NCBI GenBank assembly: GCA_040954595.2
Contig: CM082589.2
Span: 10,304,894 to 10,368,893, forward strand
DNA: 64,000 bases
DNA from: Balanoglossus misakiensis
Lineage: Eukaryota; Animalia; Hemichordata
Direction: 5' to 3'
Positions 43,801-58,500 of the stretch are shown one piece after another. Under the pieces are notes generated by a model that was given only the letters and a program-made list of their open reading frames with translations, did no database searches and had not been told where the DNA came from. The first letter of the stretch is position 1. Every line of letters starts with the position of its first letter. The position numbers were made by a program, and so were the translations under genes.

Positions 43801-46800
43801 ACTTTGCAAAATCTCACAATTTCGTCGATTTTTGAAAAAAATCATGGGTGAAAATCATCAAAAAATGACAAATTATCGACTTTGCAAAATCTCAAAATTT
43901 CGTCGATTTTGAAAAAAACCATTGGGGGAAAATCATCAAAAAATGACAAATTATCGACTTTGCAAAATCTCAAAATTTCGTCCATTTTAAAAAAAAAACA
44001 TGGGGGAAAATCATCAAAAAATGACAAATTTTCGACTTTGCAAAATCTCAAAATTTCGTCGATTTTGAAAAAAAACATTGGGGGAAAATCATCAAAAAAT
44101 GACAAATTATCGACTTTGCACAATCTCACAATTTCGTCGATTTTTGAAAAAAATCATGGGTGAAAATCATCAAAAAATTACAAATGTTCGACTTTGCAAA
44201 ATCTCAACATTTCGTCGATTTTTGAAAAAAATCATGGGTGAAAATCATCAAAAAATGACAAATTTTCGACTTTGCAAAATCTCACAATTTCGTCGATTTT
44301 TGAAAAAAATCATGGGTGAAAATCATCAAAAAATTACAAATTTTCGACTTTGCAAAATCTCAACATTTCGTCGATTTTTGAAAAAAATCATGGGTGAAAA
44401 TCATCAAAAAATGACAAATTTTCGACTTTGCAAAATCTCAAAATTTCGTCAATTTTTGAAAAAATCATGGGTGAAAATCATCAAAAAATGACAAATTTTC
44501 GTCTTTGCAAAATCTCAAAATTTCGTCAGTTTTTGAAAAATAATATGGTTGAAAATCATCAAAAAATGACAAAATTATCGACTTTGCAAAATCTCACAAT
44601 TTCGTCGATTTTTGAAAAAAAATCATGGGTGAAAATCATCAAAAAATTACAAATTTTCGACTTTGCAAAATCTCAACATTTCGTCGATTTTTGAAAAAAA
44701 TCATGGGTGAAAATCATCAAAAAATGACAAATTTTCGACTTTGCAAAATCTCAAAATTTCGTCCATTTTAAAAAAAAAACATGGGGGAAAATCATCAAAA
44801 AATGAGAATATTTTCGACTTTGCAAAATCTCAAAATTTCGTCGATTTTGAAAAAAATCATAGGTTCGTCGATTTAAAAAAAAAACATGGGTGAAAATCAT
44901 CAAAAAATGACAAATTTTCGACTTTGCAAAATCTCACAATTTCGTCGATTTTTGAAAAAAATCATGGGAGAAAATCATCAAAAAATGACAAATTTTCGAC
45001 TTTGCAAAATCTCAACATTTCGTCGATTTTTGAAAAAAATCATGGGTGAAAATCATCAAAAAATGACAAATTTTCGACTTTGCAAAATCTCAAAATTTCG
45101 TCGATTTTTGAAAAAAAATCATGGGTGTAAATCATCAAAAAATGACAAATTTTCGTCTTTGCAAAATCTCAAAATTTCGTCCATTTTTGAATAAAAATCA
45201 TGGGTGAAAATCATCAAAAAATGACACATTTTCGACTTTGCAAAATCTAAAAATTTCGTCGATTTTTGAAAAAAATCATGGTTGAAAATCATCAAAAAAT
45301 GACAAAATTTTCGACTTTGTAAAATCACAAAATTTCGTCGATTTTGAAAAAAATCATAGGTTCGTCGATTTCTAAAAAAAAACATTGGTGAAAATCATCA
45401 AAAAATGACAAATTTTCGACTTTGCAAAATCTCAAAATTTCGTCGATTTTTGAAAAAAATCATGGGTGAAAATCATCAAAAAATGACAAATTTTCGACTT
45501 CGCAAAATCTCAAAATTTCGTCAATTTTTGAAAAAATCAGGGGTAAAAATCATCAAAAAATGACAAATTTTCGTCTTTGCTAAATCTCAAAATTTCGTCG
45601 GTTTTTGAAAAATAATATGGGTGAAAATCATCAAAAAATGACAAATTTTCGACTTTGCAAAATCTCAACATTTCGTCGATTTTTGAAAAAAATCATGGGT
45701 GAAAATCATCAAAAAATGACAAATTTTCGACTTTGCAAAATCTCAAAATTTCGTCCATTTTAAAAAAAAACATGGGGGAAAATCATCAAAAAATGAGAAA
45801 ATTTTCGACTTTGCAAAATCTCAAAATTTCGTCGATTTTGAAAAAAATCATAGGTTCGTCGATTTAAAAAAAAAAACATGGGTGAAAATCATCAAAAAAT
45901 GACAAATTTTCGACTTTGCAAAATCTCACAATTTCGTCGATTTTTGAAAAAAATCATGGGTGAAAATCATCAAAAAATTACAAATTTTCGACTTTGCAAA
46001 ATCTCAACATTTCGTCAATTTTTGAAAAAATCATGGGTGAAAATCATCAAAAAATGACAAATTTTCGTCTTTGCAAAATCTCAAAATTTCGTCGATTTTG
46101 AAAAAAATCATAGGTTCGTCGATTTAAAAAAAAAACATGGGTGAAAATCATCAAAAAATGACAAATTTTCGACTTTGCAAAATCTCACAATTTCGTCGAT
46201 TTTTGAAAAAAATCATGGGAGAAAATCATCAAAAAATGACAAATTTTCGACTTTGCAAAATCTCAACATTTCGTCGATTTTTGAAAAAAATCATGGGTGA
46301 AAATCATCAAAAAATGACAAATTTTCGACTTTGCAAAATCTCAAAATTTCGTCGATTTTTGAAAAAAAATCATGGGTGTAAATCATCAAAAAATGACAAA
46401 TTTTCGTCTTTGCAAAATCTCAAAATTTCGTCCATTTTTGAATAAAAATCATGGGTGAAAATCATCAAAAAATGACACATTTTCGACTTTGCAAAATCTA
46501 AAAATTTCGTCGATTTTTGAAAAAAATCATGGTTGAAAATCATCAAAAAATGACAAAATTTTCGACTTTGTAAAATCACAAAATTTCGTCGATTTTGAAA
46601 AAAATCATAGGTTCGTCGATTTCTAAAAAAAAACATCGGTGAAAATCATCAAAAAATTACAAATTTTCGACTTTGCAAAATCTCAAAATTTCGTAAATTT
46701 TTGAAAAAAAGTCATGGGTGAAAATCATCAAAAAATTACAAATTTTCGTCTTTGCAAAATCTCAAAATTTCGTCGATTTTTGAAAAAAAAAATCATGGGT

Positions 46801-49800
46801 AAAAATCATCAAAAAATTACAAATTTTCGACTTTGCAAAATCTAAAAATTTTGTCGATTTTTGAAAAAAATCATGGGTGAAAATCATCAAAAAATGACAA
46901 ATTTTCGTCTTTGCAAAATCTCAAAATTTCGTCCATTTTTGAATAAAAATCATGGGTGAAAATCATCAAAAAATGACACATTTTCGACTTTGCAAAATCT
47001 AAAAATTTCGTCGATTTTTGAAAAAAATCATGGTTGAAAATCATCAAAAAATGACAAAATTTTCGACTTTGTAAAATCACGAAATTTCGTCGATTTTGAA
47101 AAAAATCATAGGTTCGTCGATTTCTAAAAAAAAACATGGGTGAAAATCATCAAAAAATGACAAATTTTCGACTTTGCAAAATCTCAAAATTTCGTCGATT
47201 TTTGAAAAAAATCATGGGTGAAAATCATCAAAAAATGACAAATTTTCGACTTCGCAAAATCTCAAAATTTCGTCAATTTTTGAAAAAATCAGGGGTAAAA
47301 ATCATCAAAAAATGACAAATTTTCGTCTTTGCTAAATCTCAATATTTCGTCGGTTTTTGAAAAATAATATGGGTGAAAATCATCAAAAAATGACAAATTT
47401 TCGACTTTGCAAAATCTCAAAATTTCGTCGATTTTGAAAAAAATCATAGGTTCGTCGATTTAAAAAAAAAACATGGGTGAAAATCATCAAAAAATGACAA
47501 ATTTTCGACTTTGCAAAATCTCACAATTTCGTCGATTTTTGAAAAAAATCATGAGAGAAAATCATCAAAAAATGACAAATTTTCGACTTTGCAAAATCTC
47601 AACATTTCGTCGATTTTTGAAAAAAATCATGGGTGAAAATCATCAAAAAATGACAAATTTTCGACTTTGCAAAATCTCACAATTTCGTCGATTTTTGAAA
47701 AAAATCATGGGTGAAAATCATCAAAAAATTACAAATTTTCGACTTTGCAAAATCTCAACATTTCGTCAATTTTTGAAAAAATCATGGGTGAAAATCATCA
47801 AAAAATGACAAATTTTCGTCTTTGCAAAATCTCAAAATTTCGTCGATTTTGAAAAAAATCATAGGTTCGTCGATTTAAAAAAAAAACATGGGTGAAAATC
47901 ATCAAAAAATGACAAATTTTCGACTTTGCAAAATCTCACAATTTCGTCGATTTTTGAAAAAAATCATGGGAGAAAATCATCAAAAAATGACAAATTTTCG
48001 ACTTTGCAAAATCTCAACATTTCGTCGATTTTTGAAAAAAATCATGGGTGAAAATCATCAAAAAATGACAAATTTTCGACTTTGCAAAATCTCAAAATTT
48101 CGTCGATTTTTGAAAAAAAATCATGGGTGTAAATCATCAAAAAATGACAAATTTTCGTCTTTGCAAAATCTCAAAATTTCGTCCATTTTTGAATAAAAAT
48201 CATGGGTGAAAATCATCAAAAAATGACACATTTTCGACTTTGCAAAATCTAAAAATTTCGTCGATTTTTGAAAAAAATCATGGTTGAAAATCATCAAAAA
48301 ATGACAAAATTTTCGACTTTGTAAAATCACAAAATTTCGTCGATTTTGAAAAAAATCATAGGTTCGTCGATTTCTAAAAAAAAACATGGGTGAAAATCAT
48401 CAAAAAATGACAAATTTTCGACTTTGCAAAATCTCAAAATTTCGTCGATTTTTGAAAAAAATCATGGGTGAAAATCATCAAAAAATGACAAATTTTCGAC
48501 TTCGCAAAATCTCAAAATTTCGTCAATTTTTGAAAAAATCAGGGGTAAAAATCATCAAAAAATGACAAATTTTCGTCTTTGCTAAATCTCAAAATTTCGT
48601 CGGTTTTTGAAAAATAATATGGGTGAAAATCATCAAAAAATGACAAATTTTCGACTTTGCAAAATCTCAACATTTCGTCGATTTTTGAAAAAAATCATGG
48701 GTGAAAATCATCAAAAATGACAAATTTTCGACTTTGCAAAATCTCAAAATTTCGTCCATTTTAAAAAAAAAACATTGGGGAAAATCATCAAAAAATGAGA
48801 AAATTTTCGACTTTGCAAAATCTCAAAATTTCGTCGATTTTGAAAAAAATCATAGGTTCGTCGATTTAAAAAAAAAAACATGGGTGAAAATCATCAAAAA
48901 ATGACAAATTTTCGACTTTGCAAAATCTCAACATTTCGTCGATTTTTGAAAAAAATCATGGGTGAAAATCATCAAAAAATGAAAAATTATCGACTTTGCA
49001 AAATCTCACAATTTCGTCAATTTTTGAAAAAAATCATGGGTGAAAATCATCAAAAAATTACAAATTTTCGACTTTGCAAAATCTCAACATTTCGTCGATT
49101 TTTTAAAAAAATCATGGGTGAAAATCATCAAAAAATGACAAATTTTCGACTTTGCAAAATCTCAAAATTTCGTCAATTTTTGAAAAAAATCATGGGTGAA
49201 AATCATCAAAAAATGACAAATTTTCGACTTTGCAAAATCTCAAAATTTCGTCAATTTTTGAAAAAAATCATGGGTGAAAATCATCAAAAAATGACAAATT
49301 ATCGACTTTGCAAAATCACAAAATTTCGTCGATTTTGAAAAAAACCATTGGGGGAAAATCATCAAAAAATGACAAATTATCGACTTTGCAAAATCTCAAA
49401 ATTTCGTCCATTTTAAAAAAAAAACATGGGGGAAAATCATCAAAAAATGACAAATTTTCGACTTTGCAAAATCTCAACATTTCATCGATTTTTGAAAAAA
49501 ATCATGGGTGAAAATCATCAAAAAATGACAAATTTTCGTCTATGCAAAATCTCAAAATTTCGTCGGTTTTTGAAAAATAATATGGTTGAAAATCATCAAA
49601 AAATGACAAAATTATCGACTTTGCAAAATCTCACAATTTCGTCGATTTTTGAAAAAAAATCATGGGTGAAAATCATCAAAAAATTACAAATTTTCGACTT
49701 TGCAAAATCTCAACATTTCGTCGATTTTTGAAAAAAATCATGGGTGAAAATCATCAAAAAATGACAAATTTTCGACTTTGCAAAATCTCAAAATTTCGTC

Positions 49801-52800
49801 CATTTTAAAAAAAAAACATGGGGGAAAATCATCAAAAAATGAGAAAATTTTCGACTTTGCAAAATCTCAAAATTTCGTCTATTTTGAAAAAAAACATTGG
49901 GGGAAAATCATCAAAAAATGACAAATTATCGACTTTGCAAAATCTCACAATTTCGTCGATTTTTGAAAAAAATCATGGGTGAAAATCATCAAAAAATTAC
50001 AAATTTTCGACTTTGCAAAATCTCAACATTTCGTCGATTTTTGAAAAAAATCATGGGTGAAAATCATCAAAAAATTACAAATTTTCGACTTTGCAAAATC
50101 TCAACATTTCGTCGATTTTTGAAAAAAATCATGGGTGAAAATCATCAAAAAATGACAAATTTTCGACTTTGCAAAATCTCAAAATTTCGTCAATTTTTGA
50201 AAAAATCATGGGTGAAAATCATCAAAAAATGACAAATTTTCGTCTATGCAAAATCTCAAAATTTCGTCGGTTTTTGAAAAATAATATGGTTGAAAATCAT
50301 CAAAAAATGACAAAATTATCGACTTTGCAAAATCTCAACATTTCGTCGATTTTTGAAAAAAATCATGGGTGAAAATCATCAAAAAATGACAAATTTTCGA
50401 CTTTGCAAAATCTCAAAATTTCGTCGATTTTGAAAAAAATCATAGGTTCGTCGATTTAAAAAAAAAAAACATGGGTGAAAATCATCAAAAAATGACAAAT
50501 TTTCGACTTTGCAAAATCTCACAATTTCGTCGATTTTTGAAAAAAATCATGGGAGAAAATCATCAAAAAATGACAAATTTTCGACTTTGCAAAATCTCAA
50601 CATTTCGTCGATTTTTGAAAAAAATCATGGGTGAAAATCATCAAAAAATGACAAATTTTCGACTTTGCAAAATCTCAACATTTCGTCGATTTTTGAAAAA
50701 AATCATGGGTGAAAATCATCAAAAAATGACAAATTTTCGACTTTGCAAAATCTCAAAATTTCGTCGATTTTGAAAAAAATCATAGGTTCGTCGTTTTTTT
50801 TAAAAAAAAACATGGGTGAAAATCATCAAAAAATGACAAATTTTTGACTTTGCAAAATCTCACAATTTCGTCGATTTTTGAAAAAAATCATGGGTGAAAA
50901 TCATCAAAAAATGACAAATTTTCGACTTTGCAAAATCTCAAAATTTCGTCCATTTTAAAAAAAAAACATGGGGGAAAATCATCAAAAAATGACAAATTTT
51001 CGACTTTGCAAAATCTCAAAATTTCGTCGATTTTGAAAAAAACCATTGGGGGAAAATCATCAAAAAATGACAAATTTTCGACTTTGCAAAATCTCAAAAT
51101 TTCGTCAATTTTTGAAAAAATCATGGGTGAAAATCATCAAAAAATTACAAATTTTCGTCTATGCAAAATCTCAAAATTTCGTCGGTTTTTGAAAAATAAT
51201 ATGGTTGAAAATCATCAAAAAATGACAAAATTATCGACTTTGCAAAATCTCAACATTTCGTCGATTTTTGAAAAAAATCATGGGTGAAAATCATCAAAAA
51301 ATGACAAATTTTCGACTTTGCAAAATCTCAAAATTTCGTCGATTTTGAAAAAAATCATAGGTTCGTCGATTTAAAAAAAAAAAACATGGGTGAAAATCAT
51401 CAAAAAATGACAAATTTTCGACTTTGCAAAATCTCACAATTTCGTCGATTTTTGAAAAAAATCATGGGAGAAAATCATCAAAAAATGACAAATTTTCGAC
51501 TTTGCAAAATCTCAACATTTCGTCGATTTTTGAAAAAAATCATGGGTGAAAATCATCAAAAAATGACAAATTTTCGACTTTGCAAAATCTCAACATTTCG
51601 TCGATTTTTGAAAAAAATCATGGGTGAAAATCATCAAAAAATGACAAATTTTCGATTTTGCAAAATCTCAAAATTTCGTCGATTTTGAAAAAAATCATAG
51701 GTTCGTCGTTTTTTTAAAAAAAAAACATGGGTGAAAATCATCAAAAAATGACAAATTTTTGACTTTGCAAAATCTCACAATTTCGTCGATTTTTGAAAAA
51801 AATCATGGGTGAAAATCATCAAAAAATGACAAATTTTCGACTTTGCAAAATCTCAAAATTTCGTCGATTTTGAAAAAAATCATAGGTTCGTCGTTTTTTT
51901 AAAAAAAAAACATGGGTGAAAATCATCAAAAAATGACAAATGTTTGACTTTGCAAAATCTCACAATTTCGTCGATTTTTGAAAAAAATCATGGGTGAAAA
52001 TCATCAAAAAATGACAAATTTTCGACTTTGCAAAATCTCAAAATTTCGTCCATTTTAAAAAAAAAAACATGGGGGAAAATCATCAAAAAATGACAAATTT
52101 TCGACTTTGCAAAATCTCAAAATTTCGTCGATTTTGAAAAAAACCATTGGGGGAAAATCATCAAAAAATGACAAATTTTCGACTTTGCAAAATCTCAAAA
52201 TTTCGTCGATTTTGAAAAAAAACCATTGGGGGAAAATCATCAAAAAATTACAAATTTTCGACTTTGCAAAATCTCAACATTTCGTCGATTTTGAAAAAAA
52301 ACCATTGGGGGAAAATCATCAAAAAATTACAAATTTTCGACTTTGCAAAATCTCAACATTTCGTCGATTTTTGAAAAAAATCATGGGTGAAAATAATCAA
52401 AAAATGACAAATTTTCGACTTTGCAAAATCTCAAAATTTCGTCGATTTTGAAAAAAATCATAGGTTCGTCGATTTTAAAAAAAAAACATGGGTGAAAATC
52501 ATCAAAAAATGACAAATTTTCGACTTTGCAAAATCTCACAATTTTGTCGATTTTTGAAAAAAATCATGGGAGAAAATCATCAAAAAATGACAAATTTTCG
52601 ACTTTGCAAAATCTCAAAATTTCGTCGATTTTGAAAAAAATCATAGGTTCGTCGATTTAAAAAAAAAAACATGGGTGAAAATCATCAAAAAATGACAAAT
52701 TTTCGACTTTGCAAAATCTCACAATTTCGTCGATTTTTGAAAAAAATCATGGGAGAAAATCATCAAAAAATGACAAATTTTCGACTTTGCAAAATCTCAA

Positions 52801-54030
52801 CATTTCGTCGATTTTTGAAAAAAATCATGGGTGAAAATCATCAAAAAATGACAAATTTTCGACTTTGCAAAATCTCAACATTTCGTCGATTTTTGAAAAA
52901 AATCATGGGTGAAAATCATCAAAAAATGACAAATTTTCGACTTTGCAAAATCTCAAAATTTCGTCGATTTTGAAAAAAATCATAGGTTCGTCGTTTTTTT
53001 TAAAAAAAAACATGGGTGAAAATCATCAAAAAATGACAAATTTTTGACTTTGCAAAATCTCACAATTTCGTCGATTTTTGAAAAAAATCATGGGTGAAAA
53101 TCATCAAAAAATGACAAATTTTCGACTTTGCAAAATCTCAAAATTTCGTCCATTTTAAAAAAAAAACATGGGGGAAAATCATCAAAAAATGACAAATTTT
53201 CGACTTTGCAAAATCTCAAAATTTCGTCGATTTTGAAAAAAACCATTGGGGGAAAATCATCAAAAAATGACAAATTTTCGACTTTGCAAAATCTCAAAAT
53301 TTCGTCGATTTTGAAAAAAAACCATTGGGGGAAAATCATCAAAAAATTACAAATTTTCGACTTTGCAAAATCTCAACATTTCGTCGATTTTTGAAAAAAA
53401 TCATGGGTGAAAATCATCAAAAAATGACAAATTTTCGACTTTGCAAAATCTCAAAATTTCGTCGATTTTGAAAAAAATCATAGGTTCGTCGATTTTAAAA
53501 AAAAAAACATGGGTGAAAATCATCAAAAAATGACAAATTTTCGACTTTGCAAAATCTCACAATTTTGTCGATTTTTGAAAAAAATCATGGGAGAAAATCA
53601 TCAAAAAATGACAAATTTTCGACTTTGCAAAATCTCAAAATTTCGTCGATTTTTGAAAAAAAATCATGGTTGAAAATCATCAAAAAATGACAAAATTTTC
53701 GACTTTGCAAAATCACACAATTTCGTCGATTTTGAAAAAAATCATAGGTTCGTCGATTTTTAAAAAAAAACATGGGTGAAAATCATCAAAAAATGACAAA
53801 TTTTCGACTTTGCAAAATCTTAAAATTTCGTCGATTTTTGAAAAAAAATCATGGGTGAAAATCATCAAAAAATGACACATTTTCGACTTTGCAAAATCTA
53901 AAAATTTCGTCGATTTTTGAAAAAAAATCATGGGTAAAAATCATCAAAAAATGACAAATTTTCGACTTTGCAAAATCTCAAAATTTCGTCGATTTTGAAA
54001 AAAAACATTGGGGGAAAATCATCAAAAAAT
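31832..54030 (+). repeat. 78-bp satellite array, segment 2
   Basis: Same monomer and orientation; resumes at AAAAATGAC, the position in the monomer where the insertion interrupted it. Confidence 0.99.
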
Positions 54031-54097
54031 AGCGTCAAGGACACTGTGGTCCCATTTGAGGACATAGCTCATAGCAACATAGCAATAAGCATATCTA

Positions 54098-55023
54098 CTC
54101 TGGATGCCAAGATATGGAAAAGTAGGTCAAAGGTCACCTGAGGTCATGCAAAATTTGGGCAAGACATTTTGACCCTATACTGGTCCATGTTCAACAAAAC
54201 AAAACCTATAGCCCTATTGGTTAGCCTGGAATTAGGTATGCACATAATTAATGAGATATGCAGGTGTCACAGGTGACCTTCAATTTTGGCTTTTCAATTT
54301 TAGTCCCAACCCTCCAAACGCGAAGTCTGTACCTGCTCTGGATGCCAAGATATGGAAAAGTAGGTCAAAGGTCGCCTGAGATCATGCAAAATTTGGGCAA
54401 GAAATTTTGACCCTATACTGGTCCATGTTCAACAAAAAGCAAACCTATAGCCCTATTGGTTAGCCTGGAATTAGGTATGCACAAAATTAATGAGATATGC
54501 AGGTGTCACAGGTGACCCCCAATTTTGGCTTTTCAATTTTAGTCCCAACCCTCCAAACGCCAAGTCTGTACCTGCTCTGGATGCCAAGATATGGAAAAGT
54601 AGGTCAAAGGTCACCTGAGGTCATGCAAAATTTGGGTAAGAAATTTTGACCCTATACTGGTCCATGCTCAACAAAAACCAAAAGTATAGCCCTATTGGTT
54701 AGCCTGGAATTAGGTATGCACATAATTAATGAGATATGCAGGTGTCACAGGTGACCCATATTTTGGCTTTTCAATTTTAGTCCCAACCCTCCAAACGCCA
54801 AGTCTGTACCTGCTCTGGATGCCGAGATATAGCAAAGTAGGTCAAAGGTCACCTGAGGTCACCCAAAATTTGGGCAAGAAATTTTGACCCTATACTGGTC
54901 CATGTCCCACAAGAACGAAACCTCTAGCCCTATTACTTAGCCCGGAATTAGGTATGCACATAATTAATGTGTTAAGCAGGTGTTACAGGTAAGCCCAAAA
55001 ATTTGCCTTTTATTTTGGCCCCA
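54098..55023. repeat. ~3.9 tandem copies of the 238-239-bp unit inside HINE copy 2
   Basis: Same units as 30393-31318 at offset 23705. Confidence 0.97.
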
Positions 55024-55424
55024 TTGTGCTCACGGACCAATAGACAGTCACTGTACAGGACTATTGCACAGACCAGAATTCCACAATAAGACGTGGACAT
55101 AGCTTAACCATAGAGGTATAAGTAAAGTTATAAATTTAATAAAAAGACTAAAAAATTCATAAAAAATAAAACATCCATGATATTAACTTAACACTTACAG
55201 GTCGATGTGAGGTTGACATAAGGTACATGCATACCAATTTTCAAAGCAATCTGACCAGTAGTTGTTGACTTTCAGAGTTTTGATAAATTTCACATTTTAC
55301 TGGCTAATTTGCATATTTTTGGGCCTGGCAACTTCGTTTGGACAAACTCCCATCTACAGCCCAGCCTGCACCTACACACCAAATATTGAGGTGTTACGCG
55401 CAGCGGTTTTCAAGTTTTTGATGT

Positions 55425-55472
55425 GGACGGACATACAGACATACATACATCCATACATACATCCATACAGAC
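55425..55472. repeat. Compound tetranucleotide microsatellite, 12 units
   Basis: ggac ggac atac agac atac atac atcc atac atac atcc atac agac. Confidence 0.95.
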
Positions 55473-55524
55473 GCAACACATCCCATAAGGTCCCATGGTA
55501 TATAGGCCTATACCAATGGGACCT

Positions 55525-58500
55525 AAAATGACAAATTATCGACTTTGCAAAATCTCACAATTTCGTCGATTTTTGAAAAAAATCATGGGTGAAAATCATC
55601 AAAAAATGACAAATTTTCGACTTTGCAAAATCTCAACATTTCGTCGATTTTTGAAAAAAATCATGGGTGAAAATCATCAAAAAATGACAAATTTTCGACT
55701 TTGCAAAATCTCAAAATTTCGTCGATTTTGAAAAAAATCATAGGTTCGTCGATTTAAAAAAAAAAACGGGTGAAAATCATCAAAAAATGACAAATTTTCG
55801 ACTTTGCAAAATCTCACAATTTCGTCGATTTTTGAAAAAAATCATGGGAGAAAATCATCAAAAAATGACAAATTTTCGACTTTGCAAAATCTCAACATTT
55901 CGTCGATTTTTGAAAAAAATCATGGGTGAAAATCATCAAAAAATGACAAATTTTCGACTGTGCAAAATCTCAAAATTTCGTCGATTTTTGAAAAAAAATC
56001 ATGGTTGAAAATCATCAAAAAATGACAAAATTTTCGACTTTGCAAAATCACACAATTTCGTCGATTTTGAAAAAAATCATAGGTTCGTCGATTTTTAAAA
56101 AAAAACATGGGTGAAACTCATCAAAAAATGACAAATTTTCGACTTTGCAAAATCTTAAAATTTCGTCGATTTTTTAAAAAAAATCATGGGTGAAAATCAT
56201 CAAAAAATGACACATTTTCGACTTTGCAAAATCTTAAAATTTCGTCGATTTTTGAGAAAAATCATGGGTGAAAATCATCAAAAAATGACAAATTTTCGAC
56301 TTTGCAAAATCTCAAAATTTCGTCGATTTTTGAAAAAAATCATGGGTGAAAATCATCAAAAAATGACAAATTTTCGACTTTGCAAAATCTCAAAATTTTG
56401 TCGATTTTTGAAAAAAATCATAAGTGAAAATCATCAAAAAATGACAAATTTTCGACTTCGCAAAATCTCAAAATTTCGTCAATTTTTGAAAAAATCAGGG
56501 GTAAAAATCATCAAAAAATGACAAATTTTCGTCTTTGCTAAATCTCAAAATTTCGTCGGTTTTTGAAAAATAATATGGGTGAAAATCATCAAAAAATGAC
56601 AAATTTTCGACTTTGCAAAATCTCAAAATTTCGTCCATTTTTGAAAAAAAATCATGGGTAAAAATCATCAAAAAATGACAAATTTTCGTCTTTGCAAAAT
56701 CTCAAAATTTCGTCCATTTAAAAAAAAAACATGGGGGAAAATCATCAAAAAATGACAAATTTTCGTCTTTGCAAAATCTCAAAATTTCGTCCATTTAAAA
56801 AAAAAAACATGGGTGAAAATCATCAAAAAATGACAAATTTTCGACTTTGCAAAATCTCAAAATTTCGTCGATTTTTGAAAAAAAATCATGGGTGAAAATC
56901 ATCAAAAAATGACAAATTTTCGTCTTTGCAAAATCTCAAAATTTCGTCCATTTTAAAAAAAAAACATGGGGCAAAATCATCAAAAAATGACAAATTTTCG
57001 ACTTTGCAAAATCTCAAAATTTCGTCGATTTTTGAAAAAAAATCATGGGTGAAAATCATCAAAAAAAGACAAATTTTCGTCTTTGCAAAATCTCAAAATT
57101 TCGTCCATTTTTGAATAAAAATCATGGGTAAAAATCATCAAAAATGACAAATGTTCGTCTTTGCAAAATCTCAAATTTTCGTCGATTTTTGAAAAAAAAT
57201 CATGGTTGAAAATCATCAAAAAATGACAAAATTTTCGACTTTGTAAAATCACAAAATTTCGTCGATTTTGAAAAAAATCATAGGTTCGTCGATTTTTAAA
57301 AAAAAAAACATGGGTGAAAATCATCAAAAAATGACAAATTTTCGACTTTGCAAAATCTCAAAATTTCGTCGATTTTTGAAAAAAAATCATGGGTGAAAAT
57401 CATCAAAAAATGACACATTTTCGATTATGCAAAATCTCAAAATTTCGTCGATTTTTGAAAAAAAATCATGGGTAAAAATCATCAAAAAATGACAAATTTT
57501 CGTCTTTGCAAAATCTTAAAATTTCGTCGATTTTTGAAACAAATCATGGGTGAAAATCATCAAAAAATGACACATTTTCGACTTTGCAAAATCTAAAAAT
57601 TTCGTCGATTTTTGAAAAATAATATGAGTGAAAATCATCAAAAAATGGCAAATTTTCGACTTTGCAAAATCTCAAAATTTCGTCCATTTAAAAAAAAAAA
57701 ACATGGGGGAAAATCATCAAAAAATGACAAATTTTCGACTTTGCAAAATCTCAAAATTTCGTCGATTTTTGAAAAAAAATCATGGGTGAAAATCATCAAA
57801 AAATGACAAATTTTCGTCTTTGCAAAATCTCAAAATTTCGTCCATTTTAAAAAAAAAACATGGGGCAAAATCATCAAAAAATGACAAATTTTCGACTTTG
57901 CAAAATCTCAAAATTTCGTCGATTTTTGAAAAAAAATCATGGGTGAAAATCATCAAAAAATGACAAATTTTCGTCTTTGCAAAATCTCAAAATTTCGTCC
58001 ATTTTTGAATAAAAATCATGGGTAAAAATCATCAAAAATGACAAATTTTCGTCTTTGCTATATCTCAAAATTTCGTCGGTTTTTGAAAAATAATATGGGT
58101 GAAAATTATCAAAAAATGACAAATTTTCGACTTTGCAAAATCTTAAAATTTCGTCGATTTTTGAAAAAAATCATCAAAAAATGACAAATTTTCGACTTTG
58201 CAAAATCTCAAAATTTCGTCAATATTTGAAAAATTCATGGGTAAAAATCATCAAAAAATGACAAATTTTCGTCTTTGCTAAATCTCAAAATTTCGTCGGT
58301 TTTTGAAAAATAATATGGGTGAAAATCATCAAAAAATGACAAATTTTCGACTTTGCAAAATCTCAAAATTTCGTCCATTTTTGAAAAAAAATCATGGGTA
58401 AAAATCATCAAAAAATGACAAATTTTCGTCTTTGCAAAATCTCAAAATTTCGTCCATTTTAAAAAAAAAACATGGGGGAAAATCATCAAAAAATGACAAA

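Larger units (their letters stand above)
54031..55524 (-). mobile_element. Non-autonomous Helentron-associated element (HINE / DINE-1-like), copy 2, 1494 bp
   Basis: Near-identical to 30326-31831 (offset 23705); differs by a 12-bp shorter microsatellite and about five substitutions seen by eye; same termini and hairpins. Confidence 0.8.
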
